Origin: Pecten maximus | Taxonomy: Eukaryota | Length of the DNA: 64,000 nucleotides | NCBI RefSeq assembly: GCF_902652985.1 | Contig: NC_047029.1 | Span: 38,440,001-38,504,000, forward strand | Reading direction: 5' to 3' | Shown here: positions 49,062 to 62,400 of the stretch, piece after piece | Position numbering within the stretch: the stretch's first letter is position 1 | Layout of the letters: each line of letters starts with the position of its first letter | Notes under the pieces: model-generated | The model's input: only the letters and a program-made list of their open reading frames with translations | Database searches by the model: none | What the model was told of the DNA's origin: nothing | Program-made: the position numbers and the translations under genes

Positions 49062-52000
49062 GGACAGTGTCATTACACTCCGAGGAGATGAATTATCACA
49101 CAAGGCAGTGCCACTTCACTCTAACGAGATGGCCTGTCACACAAGGCAGTACCACTTCACTGTGACGAGATGGCCTGTCACACAAGGCAGTACCACTTCA
49201 CTGTGACGAGATGGCCTGTCACACAAGGCAGTGCCACTACACTCTGACGAGATGGCCTGTCACACAAGGCAGTGCCACTTCACTCTAACAAGATGGCCTG
49301 TCACACAAGGCAGTACCACTTCACTGTGACGAGATGGCCTGTCATACAAGGCAGTACCACTACACTCTGACGAGATGGCCTGTCACACAAGGCAGTACCA
49401 CTTCACTCTAACAAGATGGCCTGTCACACAAGACAGTGCCACTTCACTCTAACGAGATGGCCTGTCACACAAGGCAGTGCCACTACACTCTAACAAGATG
49501 GCCTGTCACACAGGACAGTGCCACTTCACTCTGACGAGATGGCCTATGACACAAGGCAGTGCCACTTCACTCTGACGAGATGGCCTGTCACACAAGGCAG
49601 TGCCACTACACTCTGACGAGATGGCCTGTCACACAAGGCAGTACCACTTCACTCTGATGAGATGGCCTGTCACACAAGGCAGTGCCACTTCACTGTGACG
49701 AGATGGCCTGTCACACAAGGCAGTGCCACTTCACTCTAACGAGATGGACTGTCACATAAGGCAGTGCCACTTCACTCTGACGATATGTCCTGTCACACAA
49801 GACAGAGCCACTTCACTCTGACGAGATGTCCTGTCACACAAGGCAGTGCCACTTCACTCTGACGAGATGGCCTGTCACACAAGGCATTACCACTTCACTG
49901 TGACGAGATGGCCTGTCACACAAGGCAGTGCCACTTCACTCTGACGAGATGGCCTGTCATACATGGCATTGCCACTTCACTCTGACGAGATGGCCTGTCA
50001 CACAAGGCAGTGCCACTTCACTGTGACGAGATGGCCTGTCACACAAGGCAGTGCCACTTCACTCTGACGAGATGGCCTGTCACACAAGGCAGTGCCACTT
50101 CACTCTAACGAGATGTCCTGTCACACAAGGCAGTGCCACTTCACTCTAACAAGATGGCCTGTCACACAAGGCAGTGCCACTTCACTCTGACGAGATGGCC
50201 TGTCACACAAGGCAGTGCCACTTCACTCTAACAAGATGGCCTGTCACACAAGGCAGTGCCACTTCACTCTGACGAGATGGACCTGTCACACAAGGCAGTG
50301 CCACTTCACTGTGACGAGATGGCCTGTCACACAAGGCAGTGCCACTTCACTCTAACAAGATGGCCTGTCACACAAGGCAGTGCCACTTCACTCTAACGAG
50401 ATGGCCTGTCACACAAGGCAGTGCCACTTCACTCTAACGAGATGGCCTGTCACACAGGACAGTGCCACTTCACTCTAACGAGATGGCATGTCACACAAGG
50501 CAGTGCCACTTCACTCTAACAAGATGGCCTGTCACACAAGGCAGTGCCACTTCACTCTAACAAGATGGCCTGTCACACAAGGCAGTGCCACTTCACTCTA
50601 ACAAGATGGCCTGTCACACAAGGCAGTGCCACTTCACTCTAACAAGATGGCCTGTCACACAAGGCAGTGCCACTTCACTCTGACGAGATGGCCTGTCACA
50701 CAAGGCAGTGCCACTTCACTCTAACAAGATGGCCTATCACACAAGGCAGTGCCACTTCACTCTGACGAGATGGCCTGTCACATAAGGCAGTGCCACTTCA
50801 CTCTGACGAGATGTCCTGTCACACAAGGCAGTGCCACTTCACTCTAACAAGATGGCCTATCACACAAGGCAGTGCCACTTCACTCTGACGAGATGGCCTG
50901 TCACATAAGGCAGTGCCACTACACTCTGACGAGATGGCCTGTCACACAAGGCAGTGCCACTTCACTCTGACGAGATGTCCTGTCACACAAGGCAGTGCCA
51001 CTACACTCTGACGAGATGGCCTGTCACATAAGGCAGTGCCACTACACTCTGACGAGATGGCCTATCACACAAGGCAGTGCCACTACACTCTGACGAGATG
51101 GCCTGTCACATAAGGCAGTGCCACTACACTCTGACGAGATGGCCTGTCACACAAGGCAGTGCCACTTCACTCTGATGAGATGTCCTGTCACACAAGGCAG
51201 TACCACTTCACTCTGACGAGATGGCCTGTCACATAAGGCAGTGCCACTACACTCTGACGAGATGGCCTGTCACACAAGGCAGTACCACTTCACTCTGACG
51301 AGATGGCCTGTCACACAAGGCAGTGCCACTTCACTCTAACAAGATGGCCTGTCACACAAGGCAGTGCCACTACACTCTGATGAGATGGCCTGTCACACAA
51401 GGCAGTGCCACTTCACTCTGACGAGATGGCCTGTCACACAAGGCAGTGCCACTTCACTCTGACGAGATGGCCTGTCACACAAGGCAGTGCCACTTCACTC
51501 TGACGAGATGGCCTGTCACACAAGGCAGTGCCACTACACTCTGACGAGATGGCCTGTCACATAAGGCAGTGCCACTACACTCTGACGAGATGGCCTGTCA
51601 CACAAGGCAGTGCCACTTCACTCTGATGAGATGTCCTGTCACACAAGGCAGTGCCACTTCACTCTAACAAGATGACCTATGACACAAGGCAGTGCCACTT
51701 CACTCTAACAAGATGGCCTGTCACACAAGGCAGTGCCACTACACTCTGATGAGATGGCCTGTCACACAAGGCAGTGCCACTTCACTCTGACGAGATGGCC
51801 TGTCACACAAGGCAGTGCCACTTCACTCTGACGAGATGGCCTGTCACACAAGGCAGTGCCACTTCACTCTGACGAGATGGCCTATGACACAAGACAGTGC
51901 CACTTCACTCTAACAAGATGGCCTGTCACACAAGGCAGTGCCACTTCACTCTAACGAGATGGCCTGTCACACAAGGCAGTGCCACTTCACTCTAACGAGA

Positions 52001-53215
52001 TGGCCTATCACACAAGGCAGTGCCACTTCACTCTGACGAGATGGCATGTCACATAAGGCAGTGCCACTTCACTCTGACGAGATAGCCTGTCACACAAGGC
52101 AGTGCCACTTCACTCTGACGAGATGGACTGTCACACAAGGCAGTGCCACTTCACTCTGATGAGACTGTCTGTCACACAAGGCAGAGCCACTTCACTCTAA
52201 CGAGATGTCCTGTCACACAAGGCAGTGCCACTTCACTCTGACGAGATGGCCTGTCACACAAGGCAGTGCCACTTCACTCTGACGATATGTCCTGTCACAC
52301 CAGGCAGTGCCACTTCACTCTGACGAGATGGCCTGTCATACAAGGCAGTGCCACTTCACTCTGACGATATGTCCTGTCACACAAGGCAGTGCCACTTCAC
52401 TCTGACGAGATAGCCTGTCACACAAGGCAGTGCTACTACACTCTAACAAGATGGCCTGTCACACAAGGCAGTGCCACTTCACTCTGACGATATGTCCTGT
52501 CACACAAGGCAGTGCCACTTCACTCTGACGATATGTCCTGTCACACAAGACAGTGCCACTTCACTCTAACAAGATGGCCTATGACACAAGGCAGCGCCAC
52601 TTCACTCTGACGAGATAGCCTGTCACACAAGGCAGTGCCACTACACTGTGACGAGATGACCTGTCACACAAGGCAGTGCCACTTCACTCTAACAAGATGG
52701 CCTGTCACACAAGGCAGTGCCACTTCACTCTAACGAGATGGCCTGTCACACAAGGCAGTGCCACTTCACTCTAACGAGATGGCCTATGACACAAGACAGT
52801 GCCACTTCACTCTAACAAGATGGCATGTCACACAAGGCAGTGCTACTTCACTCTAACAAGATGGCATGTCACACAAGACAGTGCCACTTCACTCTAACAA
52901 GATGGCATGTCACACAGGACAGTGCCACTTCACTCTAACAAGATGGCCTGTCACACAAGGCAGTGCTACTTCACTCTAACAAGATGGCCTGTCACACAAG
53001 ACAGTGCCACTTCACTCTAACAAGATGGCATGTCACACAGGACAGTGCCACTTCACTCTAACAAGATGGCCTGTCACACAAGGCAGTGCTACTTCACTCT
53101 AACAAGATGGCCTGTCACACAAGACAGTGCCACTTCACTCTAACAAGATGGCATGTCACACAGGACAGTGTCACTTCTCTCTGACGAGATGGCCTATGAC
53201 ACAAAGCAGTCCTAC
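49062..53215. repeat. 41-bp satellite, about 100 units
   Basis: Unit GTCACACAAGGCAGTGCCACTTCACTCTGACGAGATGGCCT (e.g. starts at 50161 and 50202); degenerate edge units. Confidence 0.97.
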
Positions 53216-54142
53216 TACACTGATGGAACGGCCAATAACACAGTTATTATAAGTCAATCAAACAAGGTTAAGCATCAATTAAACAGGTTAATTAAATCCA
53301 TGATTCAATATCTGATTCTCTGAACAACATAATCTCATCATACAGTTTACAGATCTATAGAACTAACTAGTATAGAATACAATGTGAAATAAAGGCACTT
53401 CATACTTTTCGTTGTGAATAAACATTTCCCCAAGCAAAGTCATAATTATGAATACAAGCTAATTATATTAATATTTATCCCACTACAAGCGAAGCCATAA
53501 TTTTAAATACAAGTTAATTATATTAATATTTATCGAACGAAGGACTATTCCAGAATTGTGTATATATATGTATTTGTATGTGACAGGGTGGAAGGCACTT
53601 GTATTAAAGTTTGATGAATGGTGAGGGTAAAGCACCATTTTTCTAGTATTATTTCTAGTATTCTTTATACTAAATACAGTATGTTTTAACATTTGATGGG
53701 TGGTGGCCGGGGTCTATGAAACAATGCCTTCAATGTACCGTTCAACATGGATAATTTTGTAACAGCCCTTACTATATACGTATGATGAGGACTTACATTA
53801 CAAAGTGTATATATCCTCATAGCTACAAAATGTATATCAAGCCAGACATCATTAAAGAGTATTTATCTGTCAATCAACCCATACCTAGTAAATAACCCGA
53901 TCAATAGTCATTGATGAATGTTAAAGCATGTATATCAATGTCCTGTAGTTACAGGTGTTGGTCCCTATAAACTTATTGTAGGATATATAGGATCTTAATG
54001 GCGTCATCATATAGAGTCCATTAATGTGACAATAAAGTAACAGATTATATTTATGCACTTAAATATTTAAAAAAAAAAATTAATATGTATAAGACCATTG
54101 CATCAAAAGGAACTGTTCTGAGTTTTACATTAATTTATACAA

Positions 54143-54912
54143 TAGGTTACACTCGTCAGTCTTTATGCCCATACAATAATTAAGTTTTAATTTAATATAA
54201 CACATTGTATTAGGTAACAACTCATCAGTCTTTATGCCCATACAATAAGTTCTAATTTAATATAACACATTGTATTAGGTAACAACTCATCAGTCTTTAT
54301 GCCCATACAATAAGTTCTTATTTAATATAACACATTGTATTAGGTTACACTCATCAGTCTTTATGCCCATACAATAAGTTCTAATTTAATATAACACATT
54401 GTATTAGGTAACAACTCATCAGTCTTTATGCCCATACAATAAGTTCTAATTTAATATAACACATTGTATTAGGTTACACTCGTCAGTCTTTATGCCCATA
54501 CAATAAGTTCTAATTTAATATAACACATTGTATTAGGTTACACTCGTCAGTCTTTATGCCCATACAATAAGTTCTAATTTAATATAACACATTGTATTAG
54601 GTAACAACTCATCAGTCTTTATGCCCATACAATAAGTTCTAATTTAATATAACACATTGTATTAGGTTACACTCATCAGTCTTTATGCCCATACAATAGT
54701 TCTAATTTAATATAACACATTGTATTAGGTAACAACTCATCAGTCTTTATGCCCATACAATAAGTTCTAATTTAATATAACACATTGTATTAGGTTACAC
54801 TCGTCAGTCTTTATGCCCATACAATAAGTTCTAATTTAATATAACACATTGTATTAGGTAACAACTCATCAGTCTTTATGCCCATACAATAGTTCTAATT
54901 TAATATAACACA
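54143..54912. repeat. 64/65-bp tandem array, about 12 units
   Basis: Unit TTAGGTTACACTCGTCAGTCTTTATGCCCATACAATAAGTTCTAATTTAATATAACACATTGTA, with a GGTAACAACTC variant. Confidence 0.95.
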
Positions 54913-55431
54913 CTTGTGTGGTTACTAGCTATAATACAATTGTGTAGATTATACTCGAGAATGGAATGTAATCTTGAAATGTTGCCTTTCCAGAAATGGT
55001 ACCAAAAATAAGGAAACAGCTAATTAACTGTCTGGAATGCCAACCAAAATAACCAGAAATGTAAACAAAGTTCTGCAGGGCTGGGCTCAGCTGATTTGAA
55101 TCAAGTTGATTTCAACCATAACTTACCACTTAAATACAATGTATACATAAAGATAGAATAAGTAAAAAAAAAGACACATAATGTATACATAAATATAGAT
55201 AACTTAATGTAAGTAAAAAAAACCAAAACAAACAAAAAACAAACAAAAAACAAAGAATAATTCTTTGCCAAAGGAAATATAAAAAAAACAACAAAAATTA
55301 CAAGATTTTTGCAAGGCTAGCTTTCTCTCTTTACATACATATTTATAGATATGTGTTGTATATAACAAAAGAAAGACAAATGGGATTTTAACATAGAAAA
55401 TCTTAAGTCTTGGCTTAAAGAAGTAGAACAT

Positions 55432-56416
55432 AGAGTGTAATTATTGTCGTCTGGAGACATCAAGTGTAATCTTCATTCACCTGTAGACATCAAGTGTAAT
55501 CATGGTCACCTGTAGACCCCAAGTGTAATCATGGTCACCTGTAGACCTCAAGTGTAATCATGGTCACATGTAGACCTCAAGTGTAATCATGATCACTCTA
55601 GTTTATCTGTACACCTCAAGTGTAATCATGGTCACCTGTAGACCCCAAGTGTAATCATCATTCACCTGTAGACATCAAGTGTAATCATGATCCACCTGTA
55701 TACCTCAAGTGTCATCATGGTCACCTGTAGACCTCAAGTGTAATCATCATTCACCTGTAGACCTCTAGTGTAATCATGATCACCTGTAGACCTCAAGTGT
55801 AATCATGGTCACCTGTAGACCTCAAGTGTAATCATGATCCACCTGTAGACCTCAAGTGTAATCATGGTCACCTGTAGACCACAAGTGTAATCATGATCCA
55901 CCTGTAGACCTCAAGTGCAATCATGATCACTCTAGTTTATCTGTACACCTCAAGTGCAATCATGGTCACCTGTAGACCACAAGTGTAATCATGATCCACC
56001 TGTATACCTCAAGTGTCATCATGGTCACCTGTAGACCCAAAGTGTAATCATCATTCACCTGTAGACCTCTAGTGTAATCATGATCACCTGTAGACCTCAA
56101 GTGTAATCATGGTCACCTGTAGACCTCAAGTGTAATTATGATCCACCTGTAGACCTCAAGTGTAATCATCATTCACCTGTAGACCTCAAGTGTAATCATG
56201 GTCACCTGTAGACCTCAAGTGTAATCATGGTCACCTGTAGACCTCAAGTGTAATCATCATTCACCTGTAGACCTCAAGTGTAATTATGGTCACCTGTAGA
56301 CCTCAAGTGTAATCATGGTCCACTGTAGACCTCAAGTGTAAGCATGGTCACCTGTAGACCTCAAGTGTAATCATCATTCACCTGTAGACCTCAAGTGTAA
56401 TCATCGTCCACTGTAG
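55432..56416. repeat. 29/30-bp tandem array (about 32 units) derived from the last codons and stop of the acid phosphatase
   Basis: Minus-strand unit GGTCTACAGGTGA(ATG/CC)ATGATTACACTTGA; the CDS ends GCTACAGTGGACGATGATTACACTTGA. Confidence 0.93.
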
Positions 56417-59400
56417 CCAGTGGTCTGTAGGACAGTGTCGTTTGGCGATTTTTGTAATGGAGGACGATTAAAGCTATCACTGTTAGGGTTAACAAAGCAA
56501 CCATACAGCCCAGGACCACCATACCAATATCGATGTCTGCAAACAAATAAATAAATAAAAATAAAGATACTCTCATTAATTAATTAGCAAATTCACATGA
56601 TTTTATTACATTTTCTCAAGTGAAATATTAGAAATGATCAACTTGATGAAATTTAAATCATCACTGCATGCTTCTATCATCACTAGACTAGTTGAACACC
56701 ACATACATCACTCATTTGACAGATTGTATACCAATATTTTGTCATACTTGGTAATAATGAATTATATGTTATATTCAACAGGAACCCAGTCAATACACAA
56801 ATTACACTAGGTAAGTTTTGTATATGCAAAATACACTCTGGTATAATTGTAATGTAAGTGCCAAAGTTTCAATAAGTACATGTAGATACAACTACCGGTT
56901 CAAGGTATGTTTTAATTAAAAGTTGACAGCAATACCCACAGTACTAAAGCATTTATCTTGCAGTCTGGATCATAAGGTATACACATATATATATGGCCAA
57001 TATAAATACCACAGGTTTGAAGACAGACATAATTCTGCATGCTAGAATGCTAAATTGACAGTTCTTACAACAGCGCAATGTTTAGACATTGAAGCTGATT
57101 CTATAGATCAGTGATATTGAGGACAGGCCTTTAAGTTTCCAACAGGGAAGAAACACAGGGTATGTCACTATGGTATGACTGGTGTTGTCATATTTATCAC
57201 TAAAGTCCATGCAAAATCATATGTTAGTGAGCGTCCCTATACCATCTTATCATATGATAGTGAGTGTCCCTATGATACCATCTTATCATATGATAGTGAG
57301 TGTCTCTATACCATCTTATCATATGATAGTGAGTGTCTCTATACCATCTTATCATATGATAGTGAGTGTCCCTATGATACCATCTTATCATATGATAGTG
57401 AGTGTCCCTATACCATCTTATCATATGATAGTGAGTGTCCCTATACCATCTTATCATATGATAGTGAGTGTCCCTATGATACCATCTTATCATATGATAG
57501 TGAGTGTCCCTATACCATCTTATCATATGATAGTGAGTGTCCCTATACCATCTTATCATATAATAGTGTGTGTCCCTATACCATCTTATCATATGATAGT
57601 AAGTGTCCCTATACCATCTTATCATATGATAGTGAGTGTCCCTATGATACCATCTTATCATATGATAGTGAGTGTCCCTATACCATCTTATCATATGATA
57701 GTGAGTGTCTCTATACCATCTTATCATATGATAGTGAGTGTCCCTATGATACCATCTTATCATATGATAGTGAGTGTCCCTATGATACCATCTTATCATA
57801 TGATAGTGAGTGTCTCTATACCATCTTATCATATGATGGTGAGTGTCCCTATACCATCTTATCATATAATAGTGAGTGTCCCTATACCATCTTATCATAT
57901 GATAGTGAGTGTCCCTATACCATCTTATCATATGATAGTGAGTGTCTCTATACCATCTTATCATATGATAGTGAGTGTCTCTATACCATCTTATCATACG
58001 ATAGTGAGTGTCCCTATGATACCATCTTATCATATGATAGTGAGTGTCCCTATACCATCTTATCATATGATAGTGAGTGTCCCTATACCATCTTATCATA
58101 TGATAGTGAGTGTCCCTATGATACCATCTTATCATATGATAGTGAGTGTCCCTATGATACCATCTTATCATATGATAGTGAGTGTCCCTATACCATCTTA
58201 TCATATGATAGTGAGTGTCCCTATACCATCTTATCATATGATAGTGAGTGTCCCTATACCATCTTATCATATGATAGTGAGTGTCCCTATACCATCTTAT
58301 CATATGATAGTGAGTGTCCCTATGATACCATCTTATCATATGATAGTGAGTGTCCCTATGATACCATCTTATCATATGATAGTGAGTGTCCCTATACCAT
58401 CTTGTCATATGATAGTGAGTGTCCCTATACCATCGTATCATATGATAGTGAGTGTCCCTATGATACCATCTTATCATATGATAGTGAGTGTCCCTATACC
58501 ATCTTATCATATGATAGTGAGTGTCCCTATACCATCTTATCATATGATAGTGAGTGTCCCTATGATACCATCTTATCATATGATAGTGAGTGTCCCTATA
58601 CCATCTTATCATATGATAGTGAGTGTCCCTATGATAACATCTTATCATATGATAGTGAGTGTCCCTATGATACCATCTTATCATATGATAGTGAGTGTTC
58701 CTATACCATCTTATCATATGCTAGTGAGTGTCTACCATCTTATCATATGATAGTGAGTGTCTCTATACCATCTTATCATATGATAGTGAGTGTCTCTATA
58801 CCATCTTATCATATGATAGTGAGTGTCTCTATACCATCTTATCATATGATAGTGAGTGTCTCTATACCATCTTATCATATAATAGTGAGTGTCCCTATGA
58901 TACCATCTTATCATATGATAGTGAGTGTCCCTATACCATCTTATCATATGATAGTGAGTGTCTCTATACCATCTTATCATATGATAGTGAGTGTCCCTAT
59001 GATACCATCTTATCATATGATAGTGAGTGTCTCTATGATACCATCTTATCATATGATAGTGAGTGTCCCTATACCATCTTATCATATGATAGTGAGTGTC
59101 CCTATGATAACATCTTATCATATGATAGTGAGTGTCCCTATGATACCATCTTATCATATGATAGTGAGTGTCCCTATGATACCATCTTATCATATGACTG
59201 ATGAGAAGATTACTCTTAATTTTTTTTCTTAATATCTATAAGCATAAATGTATCAAATCTAAAAAAATTCATAATCAAAACTCTAAATGGCTGTGATGAA
59301 ATAAAACCTTTACATATGCAGGGAATGTTGTCATCATTATTTGGGTGACAGTTATATTCATAGACTACAATTCTATCTAGTTAGATTATACCATAACTTT

Positions 59401-62400
59401 GTAATCCAAAAGCAAACACAATGGACAAAATTTAAGGTTAAATACCTGATGCTGGTTGTTGTCCGGGCTTAGGGTTACACTCTGCGTGAATATCTTTTGA
59501 AACATTGTTTTTTAATATGTTGATAAAATCGTCTAATGAACAGATATCCCCACATCCTGCAAAAAAAAAAAAAAAAAAGACTTCATGATTATTATTTGTA
59601 GTAAATATTGTTGTTTTTAGCTCACCTGGTCCGAAGGACCAAGGTGAGCTTATGCCATACCGTGGCCATACCGTGGCGTCTGTCGTCCGTCGTCCGTCCG
59701 TCCATAACCGCTGATCAAATTTGGTCAGAAACATCCCTACGGGTAGGCGACTCAAAATTGTACAAATGATGGGGCTGGCCCCCCATGGGCCTAAGGGGCG
59801 GGGCCAAAAGGAGTCAATTTTGCTATATTGATATAAACGACTTCTTCTCTGAAACCGAGCAATGGATATCGCTCATATTTGCCTGGTAGCATTACTATGG
59901 GGTGAGGATTCAAAATTGTACAAATGATGGGGTTGGCCCCCCAGGGGCCTGAGGGGCGGGGCCAAAAGGGGTCAATTGGGCTATATTGATATAAACGACT
60001 TCTTCTCTGAAAGTGAGCAATGGATAGCGCTCATATTTGCCTGGTAGCATCACTATGGGGTGAGGATTTAAAATTGTACAAATGATGGGGCTGGCCCCCC
60101 AGGGGCCTGAGGAGTGGGGCCAAATGTGGTCAATTTGGCTATATTGATATAAACGACTTCTTCTCTGAAACCAAGCAATGGATATCGCTCATATTTGCCT
60201 GGTATCATCACTACAGGGTGGGGATTCAAAATTGTACAAATGATGGGGCTGTTCCCCCAGGGGCCTGAGGGGCGGGGCCAAATATGGTCAATTTAGCTAT
60301 ATTGATATAAACAACTTCTTCTCTGAAACCGAGCAATGGATATCGCTCATATTTGCCTGGTAGCATCAATATGGGGTGAGGATTCAAAATTGTACAAATG
60401 ATGGGGCTGGCCCCCAAGGGGCCTGAGGGGCGGGGCCAAATGTGGTCAATTTGGCTATATTGATATAAACGACTTCTTCTCTATAACCAAGCAATGGATA
60501 TCGCTCATATTTGCCTGGTATCATCACTACGGGATGGGGATTCAAAATTGTACAAATGATGGGTCTGTTCCCCCAGGGGCCTGAGGGGCGGGGCCAAATA
60601 TGGTCAATTTAGCTATATTGATATAAACGACTTCTTCTCTGAAACCGAGCATTGGATATCGCTCATATTTGCCTGGTATCATCACTACGGGATGGGGATT
60701 CAAAATTGTACAAATGATGGGGCTGTTCTCCCAGGGGCCTGAGGGGCGGGGCCAAATATGGTAAATTTAGCTATATATATATAAACGACTTCTTTTCTGA
60801 AACCGAGCATTGGATATCGCTCATATTTGCCTGGTAGCATCCCTATGGGGTGGGGATTCAAAATTGTACAAATGGTGGGACTGACCCCCAAGGGGCCTGA
60901 GAGGCGGGGCCAAAATTGGTCAATTTGTTTAAACAACTTCTTCTCTGAAACTAAGCAATGGATATTACTCACATTTGTATGGTAGCATGGTTATTGGGTG
61001 GGGATTCAAAATTGTACAAATGTTGGGGTTGACCCAGGCCGCCAGGGAGCTGAGGGGTGGGGCCAAGAAGGGTCTATTTGGCTAAATTGATTTAAACAAA
61101 TTATTCTCTGAAACTTAGCAATAGTTTGACTGGTAGCATCCTATAGGGGTAGGGATTCAAAATTGTATAAAGGAAGGAGCTGACCCCCCAGGGGGCAGAG
61201 GGCAGGGTCAAAAGGGGTCCATTAGTCTTAACAAGATCTTCTCTGAAACTAAGTAATATGGATATCACTCACATTTGTGTGGTAGCATCCCTATGGGGTC
61301 GCGCCAAAAGTCAATTTCATTTCATGGATTAATGCACTTTTTGGCATTTTTAGCATTAAAATAAAACCAATGTACATGTACCCATATAAAATGCTTATGA
61401 TATATATTGACATAGCAATACCAGCGACAAATATACTGAAGCATCATTCTTGTTTCATATCTCATGAAACTAGGTGAGCGATACAGGCCCTCTGGGCCTC
61501 TTGTTTAAGTCACTTCATACTTTTCCAACCCTACAGATTGTGTGTTCCATCATTAGCTCATGGTCGCCTGGTCTTAACTTAAGATGGCTCAGTTTTAGTT
61601 TGAAGACTGTACATTTTGTAATTTAACAGGCCATTAATTGATGATGGGATAAAATATTATGTCTAATAATCATATGCTCATAACAAGCTGGGATCTTGGC
61701 ACCCACCATTGAATGATCTTTATAGGTTCCATGTCAGATTGATCTATTTTTCTATTTTTCCCTTCCCCTTACTAATCTGTTTAAATTGAGAAACATCCCT
61801 CCAGTACTTTTCAAACAAGGGGAACTTATATATGAAATTTGAAATTTAGCGATAATGGCTGTCTGTCGACAATGTTTTCAGATTGGTCCAAAAATGCAAT
61901 ACGACAGACAAAGGGAACCTGCATATCAAATTTGAGAAAGATCCCTGCAGTACCTTCTGTAAAATAGCGATAACAAACTTCAATTTTCAAAATCAAAGAT
62001 GACTGTCTGTTGACCATGTTGTTATCCGACTGGTCCCAAAATGAAATATGCATAACTAGGGACCAAGGGCAATCTATATATCAAATTTCAGAAAGATCCC
62101 TTCAGTTCTTTCTGAGAAATAGTGATAACAAACTTCAGTTGTCAACAAGAGATCCCAGAGGGATCTTGGCGCCCACCATTGAATGATCTTTATCGGTTCC
62201 ATGTCAGATTGATCTTTTCTCTATTTTTTCTCTTCCTCTAAGCCTTACTAATCTGTGTAAATTCAGAAACAGCCCTCTAGTACTTTTCAAACAAGGGGAA
62301 CCCATATATAAAATTTAAGATTTAGCAATAACTGTTGTCTGTCGGCCATGTTGTTTTTGGATTGGTCCCAAAATGCAATACCAGGGACCAAGGGGAACCT

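Noticed and set aside
42601-53215. CRISPR-like arrays (52-bp and 41-bp repeats, one with a hairpin)
   Set aside because: Units are head-to-tail with no unique spacers, there are no cas genes, and the context is eukaryotic and intron-containing.
56331-56393. Selenocysteine insertion or programmed readthrough at repeated in-frame TGA codons
   Set aside because: Context is TGA-G rather than the leaky TGA-CTAG, only the first unit keeps frame, and no SECIS-like structure was recognised.
57175-59232. 685-aa, 522-aa and 497-aa ORFs as real proteins
   Set aside because: Pure translation of a 33/36-bp minisatellite in several frames and on both strands, inside an intron of the acid phosphatase.
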